A model generated the notes under the pieces. The model worked only from the letters and a program-made list of their open reading frames with translations, was not told where the DNA came from and ran no database searches. A stretch of 64,000 bases of DNA from Raillietiella orientalis (taxonomy: Eukaryota): positions 62,001-126,000 of the forward strand of contig JAYWIR010000060.1 of assembly GCA_036172245.1 (NCBI GenBank). The letters are read 5' to 3'. A program made the translations under genes and the position numbers. This document shows positions 39,301 through 52,400 of the stretch, piece after piece (position 1 is the first letter of the stretch; every line of letters begins with the position of its first letter).

Positions 39301-40028
39301 ACTTCCGGATTGGTTAGAGTCTGTGTCAGAAAATGGAGGCTTCGTGCAGGACAGAGAGTTCGTCTCTCGTGCTGTGGTCTCGGACCAGCAGGGACCCCTC
39401 GAATGGATGACTGGACGGCTGCTGAGAACATTGGCGGTGACATTTGCAGCAGCACAATCCTATCCTTCGATCAAAGCTGTAGGGCACTCTCGCAGGATGG
39501 CTATAAGCTCTGAAAGAGGGAGGAAGAGTTTCGCAGATGTGAGTGACGGTGCGGACAGAGTCCTGCCACCCCAAGACTCCTCCACCAACAACCAGCATGT
39601 CCCGATGTAGCTGCTTGAAAGAGACACACCTCAGCAGCCCGCAACCGTGCGTAGCCGGATCGTGGATCATCGCCGGTGGCAATGCCCGATCTTCGGAGTC
39701 ATGTACTGGCAACGCGGCTTCTCACCCGCTTAGAACAGCAACTTGGAGATTGCGTGTGCATTTCCTTTTGTTCTCATGGCCTCAGGTGCGTTCCCACTGA
39801 TTTCAGGGACAGACCCTCCTTCCTCAGCACCCAGCATGTGCTGCTTCCCCGGCCCTTCATTCCGAGTGGTAGATAAAGGATTCGATAACGACACGGATAC
39901 TAGAGTTACTTCTTTTAAAAGCGACGGACGCCACGCTTCGACTTGCTGTCGACCTTTTAGACGGCTGACTTCGGCTTCGCCTCTCAGCATCTCGAATTGC
40001 AAGGGCGTTACCTTCAACGGTGCTCAAG

Positions 40029-41173
40029 ATGATCCGTGAGCTTCTTTTGGCCCTGGCCATCGTGACTGGTCCCACGGAAGGTGTCGGGGCGAGACGTCAC
40101 CACCCAAGCCATCCGGCGAGTTTTCCTGTCCACAAAGAGGTAAGCGGTTGGCTCGAGTCGGACGCGGAGGACATGGAGGCTTCGCGACGTCCGCCGGCGG
40201 CGAGGCACGCGCTCTCGCGCGTTCCCTTCGCCACCACCGTGCCCTCCTGCTGTGAACGACGCACCCGGATGGAGATGGTCCTTGCGAGGACGAGCCTGTC
40301 GCGCTCCTGTGTCGCTGCGGCGGTCTGGAGAGCGCTCGCGGCAATGCAGTCGCGTGGCTGTAGCTTCTGTCCCGGTGGGACTGTCTGACGGACCTCCAGC
40401 TGCTGGCCGAAGGCGCGGAAGCGCACACTTCCCTCTGCTCCCTGCTGGCGGGTGGGAGCTTCTCTGCCCGGACGTGGAACCTGTCGATCGTGACGTCACG
40501 CCCGTCGTCGTGGCTGCGGCGTGGGGATTGCGCGACGGCTCGGCTTCATCGAGTTTTTTTGTCCTCCTCTCTCAGGGAAGTTTGGGAAGATTTGAAAGTT
40601 GCCCCTGGTTCACGGGCGACCTTCTCCATTTCAATACCACCTTCACAAATCCCATCGTTTTCCCCGGACGATTTGAATTGAACTTGGAGGGATATTGGAA
40701 GGAGATTCTCCTAAGCGACCGCGTCTGGGTGAGTTGGTTTTATTTCCTTTGCTGCTGCTGCGTCTCTCGAAAGTCTTTCGAAGCGCATGCACAGCAGTGG
40801 TGCGTGCGCCTCGCTCTCGATGACACCATACGCTACCTCGTGTTTCCCTTTCTAGCTGGATCTTAAGGTGGAAGTAGATGTAAACGGTTTCTGGCTGACG
40901 ATGCCTTGCATTTTTGGAGTGGGAAGCTGCCGCTACGACAACTTGTGCAAGGTCCTCGATTCTCTGTTCGGACTGCTCGGATCATGCAAGGGATCACATT
41001 CCTTTAATCGCCAATGGTCCTTTTATCTTTTCCAATTCTTCCCATTGTCCACCGTCAACTTCTATGTTCAATTTAACATTAATGCTCTGAATTCTCGATA
41101 TGAGTGTTATTACGCGTACATCACCGTCAGCTTCAAAGATTTCTTTTCCCTGCAGAATAAAGGAGCTCTGTAG
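40029..41173 (+). CDS. GM2-activator-like / ML-domain secreted protein, copy R (193 aa). Exons 40029-40139, 40576-40728, 40856-41173
   Basis: Same exon structure as copy L. Exon 2 GSLGRFESCPWFTGDLLHFNTTFTNPIVFPGRFELNLEGYWKEILLSDRVW; exon 3 LDLKVEVDVNGFWLTMPCIFGVGSCRYDNLCKVLD...; intact frame, splice sites and 6 Cys. Confidence 0.85.
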
Positions 41174-44087
41174 ATGGGCAGTCTTCTTTTATGGGGGCGA
41201 ACTGGGTAGCAAATTCCGTTCTTCCACAGCCAAGCAGCTTTCCAGACGCAGCGGCGGAATGACCTCCAGGAGCTCCGGCGACCTATCTGAACTTGGTGCA
41301 TCGCTCTTGCGGGTGCGGGCTGCTTGTCGTCTCCTGTGAAGCAGCCTCCTGCACGCGCGTGGGGCGACGGCCAACAGATGCGACTGCGGCCGCAGTGCGA
41401 GGCAGCGCCTTTTTCCCGAAGGGCCTTCTTGGAGGGCTCTGACGACGGTACGGAAATTCCAGGACGTGGCCTGCGGTGTGAAGGGCAACGCAGCGGGTCG
41501 AACGAACTTTCCCGGTTGGAGGCTGCGCGCATGAGCTCTCCTCTTCTGCCCTGGCTCGAAGAAGCTTTTCGGAGTCGAAATGGATTCCGCAGATCGTCTT
41601 GGGCGTTTGTGGCGTCTCTTCCCACGGTACTCGTACCAGCGACGCCAACTCTGGGAGGCCGCGAGTGCCTCGACCTCTTGCGGAGGCGTGGCTGGAATGC
41701 GGAGGGAAGCGGTCGCTTCTTGCGGCACGTGCCTTCGTCCGCGTAGGACGCGGCTTCGCCGGACAGAGCTGCTGGGTTCGCGGACTCTGCTGGGGACCAC
41801 GCCCTTGCAGCGGGTGTCGAGTTCCCGTGAGAGGAAATGGGCATTCGGGCGCCTCGGTGCCTGCTAGGCCGAGTGGATTCACGCGAGCGCTGTGGGCGCA
41901 AACGCGGACAGGCGGCTGTGCCCGCACTTTCCCTCTGCTGAGTTGGCGTCCCGTTTCGAGGGCGCTGTCGTTGTTTGTTCGAAGGCGCGGGTGATACCGT
42001 GGTCCAACTGTTTTTTCAACTCTTCCTCTGCTGCCATTCGTTTGGACGCATGGAAGATGGGTTGATTTGAGGGCATCCTTTTTCCCGGTTTGGGTTCTCT
42101 CGCTTCACCTGTGAGGAGGAGGTTTCTGGCAATTGCCACGTTGCGTGTCCTGAGCACGTGCGTTGGGTGCGTTCCCTTCGTCGGACGCACGTCACGTGTG
42201 AGGGGATGATCTGAGAACGTCGTGGGTCCGCGGCGAGTGGGAATAGACAGAAGGCACGTTGCAGAGCTCTCTGAAGGTATGGCACTTCCCGTTCCGGGAC
42301 CTTCTTGCTTCTGGGAGCGCCATGCCTTTTGGTTCCCCGAATGGTGCCGGTTCTGGCGGTGGATTCGGTGCATCGGGTGAGTGCACCTGGCTGGTCTGGA
42401 CGAAGTCTTTCGGGGAGGGACGAATTTCGTTCGTAGCGACGGAACCGCCAAGGCGGGAGACCGCAGCAGCGCTTTGCAGGCGAATGTCTTCTGCAGCTGG
42501 ACATCTGGGGACGGATGACTGCATGCCAGACTGCTGGGCAAGGAGTGCAGATCTCGCTGGCTAGGTCGAAATCTTCGGCTTGGGCGAATCGCTGATGTCA
42601 GTATGGCTGCTCGTCGGTGGGTGATCTCTTATCGTTAGCTGGTGGGACCGGGGTTGCGAATTGTGGAGTGAGCAGAAGTGAGAACGAAATCTCATCGTTC
42701 GAAGCAACTTTTCGATGTGAGAGAACTCTGCTGAGCTCAGTAGGTCGTTTCTTCCGTCAGATGAACTCGGTGTTATCGCATGTCAGCACGTGGGTTTAAC
42801 GGTGATGACTGTGTGAGTTGCCATACTGCCACTAAGACACGTACGACGTTTCGGCAGGTGACGTTTCGAACGTCTTGATTCTGATGGCTCTACCTAAAGA
42901 TGTTTCTGTCGCGTATCCTGGGGACCACCAAGCTGGATTGTTGGGAAAGTGCATCTTTGGAACGCATCGCTGATTCATTGATAGTGTGGTGGTGTTTGGG
43001 GACTTTGTCTTGGGATGCGAACCGACTTTCCGCCTCAACTTTTCTATCACCAGGCTCAGAGTTCGTCTTTTAAGAATCCATGGGTAACGCAATTTCCCTT
43101 CCGAGACATAGCAGTTGCGTAGGTCGGCGTTCGAAGGAACGCGGGCTGCACAGAACAGCGGTTTCCTGTGGAAAATGCCTTCAGGGGGTCGATGATTTCA
43201 ATTGGGGATATCCGCCTGGTCCAGGATTTGGTAGGCAAATTCAAAAGGCAGAAAATCAGCCAGCGAGTTCTGAAAGCCATCCCGGAAAAGGAAAGCTTGT
43301 TAGAGATCCAAACATTTTGGCGCCAACGAACGAGGAGCGCTGACCCGTTCCGCATTGCTGCCCGACAGGGCGTCAGGAAAGTGCTCGACCCGCCTTTCTC
43401 GGAAACATCCGGCGTTTCGCAGAGACGTCTGGGTGGCGAAATTTTCACGGCCTACGCGGTTGTCTCGACCGCTCCTTCTGGCTCCTTCTGGTGGAGAAAT
43501 GCAGCGCAAGGGGATGCTGGATGATCAGAGTGTCCGACATTGAAGTGAGCGCTCGGCTGGACGAGCTGGACCGGGCAGTTCGAGCCCACAGCATTCCGTG
43601 CGGCCTCGAAGGATTTTAACGTTGGGCCGCGCGTGCTCGCCTGCGCTGTGCCGCTGTCTAGCAGTCAGTCTGACTGCTTCGGAAACCGATGCTCAGTAGG
43701 TTGAAGAGCGTGCCACCCAGCGAGTCCACTAGGCGTCCCGGCGTGTAGGGCGCTGGACGGCGCAATCGCCTTGCACTACCGTTTGTTCACGGGCTCGTGG
43801 AGCCTGCTGTGGAACATCGCCGTTCTTAGAGCTCCACAGTTTCCCCGACCTTCTCGAGCTGGAGATTGGTCTCATGTGAGTGAATGATAGAGGTCGCGTA
43901 GTTTCATTGCTCTCTTTCCTTCCTTTCCTCACGTCTTCTCTAAAGATGCTGCTGTTTTTCCGGATAGAGACCCCGCGTTAAGCACGTGCACTAGATCAGA
44001 TAGCAAAGACTTTTGCTCTGCACCGTCGGACATTCCTTAGTCTCTGGTCAGGATACCTCTTCCGTATTTTGTCTTCCTTATGCAGTC

Positions 44088-46298
44088 CACCAAGGCTCCG
44101 TGCTTGACGATGCGAAGTTTCAGAAGCCTCTGTCGGTGGCTCGAGATTGGCGGCGCCCCATTTCAGGTAGCCCCAACGCTAAGGGTGACTTGCTGCCTGT
44201 TTGCTGTTGGATGCTCACGACTTTGTGAGCCGAAAAGAACAAACGGTCGCCACTGGACAGGAAGCTTCCCGCCACACCATGCCAAGGGAGCACGTGGGAG
44301 AGGGAGCCCCGTCCAGCCCGCGCGCCGTTCAATGAAGAGCAGCAGGGGAGTCCCTTCTTGCACGTCAAGGGACGAGCACCATCCCGTGGGACAGCGCCGA
44401 CCTTCCGGATGTCTCCCAGCTAGCGACCACCGAGGACGGTGCCGATCGCCTCTGCACAAAGGGCGGACGAAGGCGGAAGGAGAGGGGATTGGTGAGTGCC
44501 GCGCTCGGTACGCTCCCCTCCCTTCCTGCAGCCAGGCGGTGGCGACGGAAAGGCGTTAATGACCCGGATCAGGCCTGAGGCTATACCAACAAGTCGGGAG
44601 TTGGCTGCCGCCGGAGGCAAGGAAGGCGAGGATGGGCCCTTCGCTGCGCCCATCCTTCCATGTCCGCCACCGTGAGGGCAGTCGCCGTGGATTTCCGGGG
44701 TCCAGGGAAAATGGCGTGTAAAAGGAACGAGAGATTCCCGAGGAGAAGGTCAGGGTCGAGGGGAAAGGGCATGTTCCGAGCGAGTATCCAGCACGCTCCG
44801 AGCTATCGGACGGGGCACCGTCCGCGATGAAAGGACCGCCGGGGCGAGGGCGAGTCGGGAAGAGGAGGAGGCAAGTGGAGGAGGTAACGGAAACCGCTTT
44901 TCCCTTCACGGCCAACAGGGGGACCACTCGCGGAACGCGGGACGGGAAGTTTTCTTCCATCCCGGTCCGCTCCCACTTTCTGCCGTTCAACGACTTCGGC
45001 GATCGTTTGCGGGAGAATAGGGAGAACCGATCGCTCGGCGATTGTTTTTTTTTTCCGGGAAGATGGCGCCACGAGACCACGGGAAACAAGAAATCGACCC
45101 GCCCGCTCGGATTTGCCGAGACTTTGTGGGGCGCGCGGTCAACCGCGGTGGCTGCTGCTGCGCCCTCGGTGTGTTTGTGCGGTGTTCTCCGAGGCTCGCA
45201 TGGAGGTCCGCGCGGGCGGGCAGAGAATGCATCTAGTGAGGACTCGGTGTCGACCTCGATGTGCCCGTAGACTTCGCTGTGAGCAGCAACGCCTGGGGAG
45301 TGAGCATGGATTTTCCTCTGTGCCACCCATGAAGCATCTTTCGCCTCTCCTCCCAGGTGCTTTTCGAGCAGGTGCTTCTCTGCTGGTGTTATGTGAAAAT
45401 CCTTCTTGCGTTCTTCCCAGGAACACCCAGCTGCAGTTTTTTTTTTTTCTTGACTGCTGGAGGAAGCGCCTCTCTGGGTGGCTCACTCCGGGGATGAAAG
45501 AAGTGGAACTCTGCCTTTCTAAGCTCCGCTTCGCTTGCAGACGGTGAAGAAGCGCGGAGACCAACGATGCTGCTTGGCGGCTCCGTCCCGGGGACGCAGC
45601 GACCTCTCGCTCGAAGCGCGCAATCCGGAAACCGGATGACGAAAATGGCGGTTCGCCATCCCGCCACGCGTGCGAAGCGGGTATAAATAGGGAGCCGCTC
45701 TCTTTCCCCTTCGGCCGGCGTTTAATTTCCCTATGCACCCGCCCGCCTCCCGCGCAACGTTCGCAGGTATGCAGCCGAGCCGCCTGCTTTCCACTCCCGG
45801 CAGGAACACTTTCGGGAAAGGAAGAGAGCGCGTCGGGGAAGCTGCCGATTTCGAGATTTCGCCTTCCCTTGCCGCTGGATGTCGAGGCTGAAGAACGCAG
45901 GTGCCTCCGCCGCCGCCACTGTTTGAATGCTCGGGTTCCGGGACCTTTTCTTGTGACGTCAGCGAGTCGCGGATGCAAACTGCTTTCGTCGCGAGGTCCT
46001 CCGTCGTCGTGGTCTCCCGTGGAATTCGTCGCAGGGGATGATCGTCGGAGCACAGACGCTGCCTTCCCGAGTGTCGACCCCACTCGTGCGCTGGGGCGAG
46101 CTACTGGGAATCCTCCGCGAAGACCTCGAGAGCGGTCCCCAGCGCTCCCGAACGACCGCTCCCCCCCTCTCGAGTGGCGGGCGTCGGCGCTTCTCCTTCT
46201 GCTACACTGGGGCCTCCCATGCAACGCCCATCCTAACCGACGCCCGTCGGGTCCCCCCCCCCCCCTAGCATCCTAGGAGCTTTTGTGTAGAAAAGGTC
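44088..46298. repeat. Outer inverted repeat, copy A' (partner of 1297-3506)
   Basis: Reverse complement of 1297-3506 with scattered SNPs, a 3-bp indel and a different poly-C length. Confidence 0.95.
45624..45690 (+). promoter_or_regulatory. Promoter-like motif cluster (ETS-like, YY1-like, TATA) in repeat A'
   Basis: ccggaa 45625, aaaatggcgg 45642, tataaatag 45682. Confidence 0.4.
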
Positions 46299-49200
46299 AC
46301 CGTGGAGACGGAACACGGATCCCAGGGCAGATTTTTCGAACATGTTACTCTGGAACGACCCTCATGGTGTGCGAAAGTTGTGGGGGAGCAGCAGGTCGGT
46401 GCGCCTCGCGCTCATTCGCTTGAACGGTTCGACTTTTCCTTAGGATTCTGGCCATGGGTAGAAGCGTATCCAAGGATGCTATGCAGAAGGAGGTCGCCAG
46501 AGCCCTCTGACACTGGAAGCTCTCAGTCTGAAAGCAGCTCGGGATACCCTGAATGGAGTGATTCTCCCGGAAGGAGGTCTCTTGAAACGTCATTTCCGAC
46601 ACTTGAGGCGCACGGAAGAAGATTCGTTCACGTGAGCGAGAAGATGGAAAACGAGGGCGTGAGGCAGCTGATCCTGGAGCAATTCCAAATGTCTTCTGAT
46701 CATCCTTTCTCGTGCTTTGCTGTCTCTTTGCCGAGCCTAAGGGGAGCAAGAAGAATGGCACGTGCAAGTGCGTTTGCTCTCGTAACCGGACCGACTCTGA
46801 GGTGTCCTCAAGATGCACGCACGCCGGAGTTACTACAAGGAAGCAAACACCGGAGTGAGACGTGCAAGGGGCTCGCTGTTTTCTGGAGAATTCACCGCGG
46901 CAAGCAGGAGCTGCGCTTTTGAACGAGCAGCCCAGCCTGTCGGTAGCGCAGGGGGCCCCACGCACCGAGGCGAGTGACGTCTCAGCTCAACCGCGGATGG
47001 ATTCGGAACTGTAACCCTGGCAACCGCGCGGAACACCGGAAGGAACTCTGGCTCCGAGGAACAATCCACTGGCTGCTCGCGAGTCCTCCTGTGGCAACCG
47101 TAGCCGCATTCCTGGACGTTCTCTGCTTGGTGGCGTCACCGTGGAGGATCCCTGAGTGTGCGAGCTCTTCGCAACAGGCGCGGAAGTTGGAGGAGTTCCT
47201 GCAGATGGCCGGTGCGAAAGCGCGCGTCTGTCTGCAATGGCAAGCTGATCCCCTGGATGGTGAGGAAGAGAAACGGTGCAGAAACAGGAGGATGCTGGCG
47301 ATGTCGGTGTTAAGGGGGAGTTGCGAGTCAGGAACCGCCCTCGTTGCAGAAGATACCTCGAGAGGAATATCCAGCGACCAAAACAAAAACGCCTCAATTC
47401 CGACTGCAGTTTTTGATCCCCAGCACCCAGGGCTTCGCCGAAGTGAGGCTCTGGGGCAATTCGGCAGGACTATGATGATCGAATCTGAAGAGAGGGACGA
47501 CGTGGGAAGCGACAACGCAGGAGCAGCACGCAACGAGATCCCGAGCTCAAGGACAGGCTCCTCCAGCTCCAATGGGCGCATGGAAAATCCGCATGGCGAC
47601 GAGAAACCACGAATCCGGAACTACGTCCGGTTCTTCCTTTTCCCTAGGATTGAATTTTCAATCTCTACTCCGAGTTAGGGGTGATCCCGGAGGCGCCACC
47701 CTATGAATCCAGGATGGCTCCGGAGGATGAGTCCCTTCCTCTTACTCTTGGGAGAGAACCCCGACAGGAATTTCCTTCCTCATTTCCTCCGAAGGGACTA
47801 CCGGTCTATGGGGTCCCGCTCCATCTTTCTTTTTTGAAGTGAGCCCGGAATGGATCCGCTCTTGGAATTTCTCCTCCTGATGGAACCCACCTACAAGAGA
47901 ACCTCTCCTTGCTGCTCCCTCTGAAGAGGACCCCGAAGGGACTCTTCCCAATTTTCTCTGGAAGGCGCTGCCCAAAGGGAGCGGCGCGCTTCTAACACTC
48001 TGGAGAGGTACCCCTGCCCTTCCGAGGGGGGAGGGTCAACCAGCTTATGGAATGGCTCCATTTTCACTACTTTTCCATGCTTTCTCCATTTTCCCTGGTT
48101 CCTGGAATCCAGTAGTCAGCTCCCTTCGATACTGGAAGGACGAAAGAGGCGAAATCCATCTTCCAGCCACGGCCAGTCGACGGAGGCATCTGGATTCCAC
48201 CAGTATCAGCAAGCCACCAGTAGCGTGGGACCCGCGTCCTTCCTTGCGCGCTGTCCACGCAGTCTCATCCATTGTGTGCTGCACCTGTGGCAGATGGCCA
48301 CGCTGGCCAGGAAGAACGCGTGAATCTCGTGCCGTCCCATGAAGAGTGCGTGGGCGGACAGAACCCCTCTTGCCGCTGCGCTGCCCTCCCTTAGGGAACA
48401 TATGGGCAGTAGCCTTACGGCTAGATGGGAAGTTGATTGGATATGTCCGGAAGGAGGAAAGGACTGGACGAGTGGGCGACGAGCCAGCTCGCCGAAGCTG
48501 CAACTCCGATTGCTCAACCTCGTGGACTTTTGCACTGGGACGTGCTACTGGGTATTCCGGAGGAATGCACCAGGGTCCACTGCAAATACCTGCAGTGGGC
48601 CCCGGTGCTCATGAACACCTGCACCCTTCTCTTAAAGTGGCAGGAGTCGGAGTTGATGCTGCTGCATTGGGGCTCCCTGTGCAACTCCCTCCAGCTTCAT
48701 TGGACCCAGGGAGGAGGGGTGGACCCAAACTGTTGAAGGTGCGAGGAGCAGGATTCCCTCCCTCACCTCCTTGTGGACTGTGTTGCTCTCTGGTCCCTTG
48801 GGAGACGTTTTGCCACGACCCTTGGAACCCCCGATGGCAACCCCAGGGGTGTCTGAAAGCATCTCTTCCTGCGCGACACCCTCACTCCGGCCACACCCCT
48901 AGCAGCACTTTGCTGCCCACGCGGCGGGAACGTGGCCGCATGGAGCAGCAACTCCAGAGGAGGTCAGGACGACAGGGACGACGTCTATTTTTCTGTTTTC
49001 TTCTTGAGGACAGTGTCAAAACGGCTCCAACTGGGAGTCTTGAAACAGGAACTTGCCGACATTCTTACAAGGATGCAGAGGACACCCTCCGGCACACAGT
49101 GATCCCTTTCCGATCTTCCCCTCCCCCCATTTTTTTGACTGTATGTTTTTTGTTTTCTTTTTTTTTTTTCTTTTTCTTTGTCTATCCTTCTTCTGTGCTG

Positions 49201-49424
49201 CCGAGGCGAACCCCGCTGGCCTGCGTGCCAATTCCCGGCAGATTCCTTCTCATAGTTATAAGTAACGTGGCAAGATCAAACGTCCTGCCACAGAAGTGGA
49301 TGTTTATTTTTTATAAATAAATGCCCCGGCGTGACCTGGTGTCAATCAATGTCGCAACGGAAGCCCTTGGGCTAATTAGCATCTCCCTGAAGAGGTGACA
49401 CCCACCCGTTTTCAGCATTTTTCC

Positions 49425-49492
49425 TTCCCCGGGTTGGATTCGAACCCGCAACCCTTGGTCGCAAGCACGGAGACTGCAGCCACGCGGCCGCC
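49425..49492 (-). mobile_element. tRNA-derived SINE-like fragment (Pol III B-box)
   Basis: Minus strand ggccgcgtggctgcagtc...gggttgcgGGTTCGAATCCaacccgggg: canonical B-box/T-arm and weak A-box; no complete cloverleaf. Confidence 0.5.
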
Positions 49493-52400
49493 AATGAGGG
49501 CAAAGAGTAAAGCCAGAGTCAAGCGCCACCTCAAGCAGACTGGCAAATGGAAACAATCAACTGCGGATGGGCAGGTGAGATCTTGGAGGAGCTATCTGTA
49601 CACAACGGAACAGGTGTCCTGGCGATAGACACCTTTTCGTTTGCATATCAACTTGGCACAGAGCATGCACAGAAACCTCATGCTTACATGCAGGAGGCAT
49701 CCTGCTTTCCAGAAGGTACAGGTGTGACCTGTAGGGAGGTAGGAAACGGTCAGTGGCTTGAATGTGCCTGAGGGCGATGCAATCGCCAGACAGCAGACAC
49801 CCCACGTGCAATTCAAGAGTGAGCATTGGAAGAATGAAAGATCGTGCAATTGTTTTCCAGGATGCAGCTTCATGAACCGATGGGTGACCAATCTGTCGAT
49901 GCTGCGAAGCTTCTGCGATCGCTCAGGTTATCCGCTCAGCTGCCCAGGAACTCATCCGCAAGCTCACCTTCCGAGGTACAGGCTCGCGATCACTAGCAGC
50001 TCGATCCCTGCTCCGAGTTCCCTATTCCCATCCACCCTCCGACTGTTCGGACTCGGAGTGCTCCGGCCAAACTTTTCAGTCTCCCTCTCACTGGACCCTA
50101 CGGAAGGCATTGCGTCCAAGCGTCCATGGTTCCGAAGGACTCTTCTTTGGCTCCGGGTCCCGCGTATCCCACTGGGCGTGAGCCGGGATTCGAAGAGGCA
50201 AGGAAGGAAGAGAGACCTCGAAGTGCTGCTTTTTGTGACGGTTTGCACAACTCGAGTGCACCAACCGCTCCTTCGAGCCGGACATCAGCAACACTCCAGG
50301 GCGAGTCGCCGGAGACACTTGAGCACCCGGTGCGCGCATCCTAAGACGGCATGGAGCGCATGACGCGGGCTGACGAGAAGGACGCTGCCAGGGAACGCGG
50401 GCGAGCGGAGAGAAAGGATAACGCGGCATCCACCAAGCAATCCCTTGGAGAGATTTCCCTTCGAAAGGAATTCAGTATATTAGGGGAATTTGGACCTTCT
50501 TGTCCGCTTGCAACGGAGCGTTCGTTTTTTTTAAAGAAAAAAAAACACTCAGAAGTCCAGTGATCCTGGGGCGACTGACGAGGTCCACAACGGGCACGAA
50601 AGGGGGTGGGGAAGGGGAAAAAAAGAAACGAAAACCAAGAGCAAAAGGGTTTGTGAGAGCTTGAAGAGGATGGAGGCGAAAGAAAGGAGACTGTATCCAG
50701 GGCATCATATACAGGATGCAGTGGACTCGGAAGGATGCAGGATTCCAGGGAGGTATCCCCTGGCGGCGTCCGTTCCGAGGAGGGTCCACCTCGATGCAGT
50801 CCGTAGGAGCCCGGATTGCAAAACGTTTGCTTCCCCCCTGCCGTCGCGGCCTCTGTCGGCCCGCAGAGAGGGCGTCGCGCAGACAGTGGAGCGGCTGCGG
50901 GCAGCATGGCAGTCCGCGCGAGGAAAGGGCTTCTCCAGGAGATGTCGGACGATGTCAGTCGAGTGCAGCAAGCTGGAACTGACTGTTGATGGTTGATTTC
51001 TTGATGGTCAAAAGCAGCGCCTCGAAAAGAACACGCGTTGCCACCCGGCGGTAAGCGTGGAAATCGTGGGACCTCAGCGACCTGTAGGAGTTGTGGAAGC
51101 TGAATGCCTCGTGCCACAACAGAGACGCGCTCATCATTTTTAAGGCTTCCCTGCTTTCCCAAGTGAGACGGAGTCTAACGACAGCAACTAGGGTGCATCC
51201 GGAACACTCGAAAGAGAAGATGACGCGCCCTGATGTGAAGGATTGACGTGGTTTTCTGAAAATTCCAAACTTCGAAGAAGCGGAGCTGCAGAGCACTTTG
51301 AGGGAAGTTGCTCGGACGGAAGCTGAGCCAGATGTCGATTTCAAACCCGTTTTGAAAGAACGCGAACGTTGCCAAGAGACGGAATCCGCTTACTTGCGAT
51401 CTGTTTCCTGGAGAACATTGAAGCATCCATTGGAGAAAAAAAACAGGAGGACTCGACTGCGTTTTTTTTTTGTGTGTGTGTTTCCTGCAAGGCTGCACCG
51501 AAGGAGCAGCGGATCGACGCAGATCACCATAAGAAACGACGGGTAGCCAGAAGTTGCATCCTGCTACGGCACCGGATGGAAACTCAGATATCGCAGTTCA
51601 TGCTGAACTTCGAAGCAGAAGACGAAGTCAGGAAGGTCGTTGGTTCTTCGAAGATATCCTGTCTTGCGTCATCCCACCATGGGGCTGGTTCAAACTGTTC
51701 GGGAGCGGCTTGGATGGGAAAGAGGCACCTGTGTTTGCTCGGACTCCGCATGACGACAGATAAAGAACATCACCTTCGCCATCAAGAGGTACTGCTGGAG
51801 GAAGAAGATTGCCCACTGATTTGCCCATTGCAACATTCGTAACCAGGCACAGGCAGGGAGGCGCTTTCTCTTGACCGACGGAGCAAGCGATTCTAGGAAC
51901 CCTAGTCCTCCGTTCAGGATGAGAGGAAATTCGCTTCCTCGGAACTTTCGGAACTTCTGAAAGCTTCTAGAGTTATCTTTGCTTTTGTTTCGTGGTTGAA
52001 ACCGCGATTCCGCCGCCATCTTTCCGCCTGTCGCGAAGGGCAGCTGTCGTCCGGTTCCTTTTCATGGCTGGAGTGCAGTTTTCAGATCTCAACATTCCTC
52101 CATCTACTTAATCCGAGAAGGCTGCCGCCTAGACAAGAAACCTGACTTCATTGCTTAGAGCTCGGGGAATAATCGAACGCAGAGTCTCTGCTGCGCACTT
52201 CTTGGTATGGCAATTGCCCTTCTTGCTATTGGCGAAGCACACTGCAAAATAGCTCACGACTGCTTCGGAACCAGGCAAGAATTTCTATTTATGTTGTAAA
52301 AGCAAAGAGATTTTAGTTGACTGCTGGTGTTCATATTCGACCAAGCAGCGCCCAAAAAGTGGGTTGTAGTGAACTTTAATACGGGCGCGATGAAGACCCC

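Noticed and set aside
49425..49492. Functional tRNA gene
   Set aside because: Only the T-arm/B-box is convincing; D-arm and acceptor stem do not fold properly.
46300..52000. Decayed retrotransposon gag/pol
   Set aside because: Some fragments look coding-like, but no RT, RNase H, integrase or zinc-knuckle motif could be identified.
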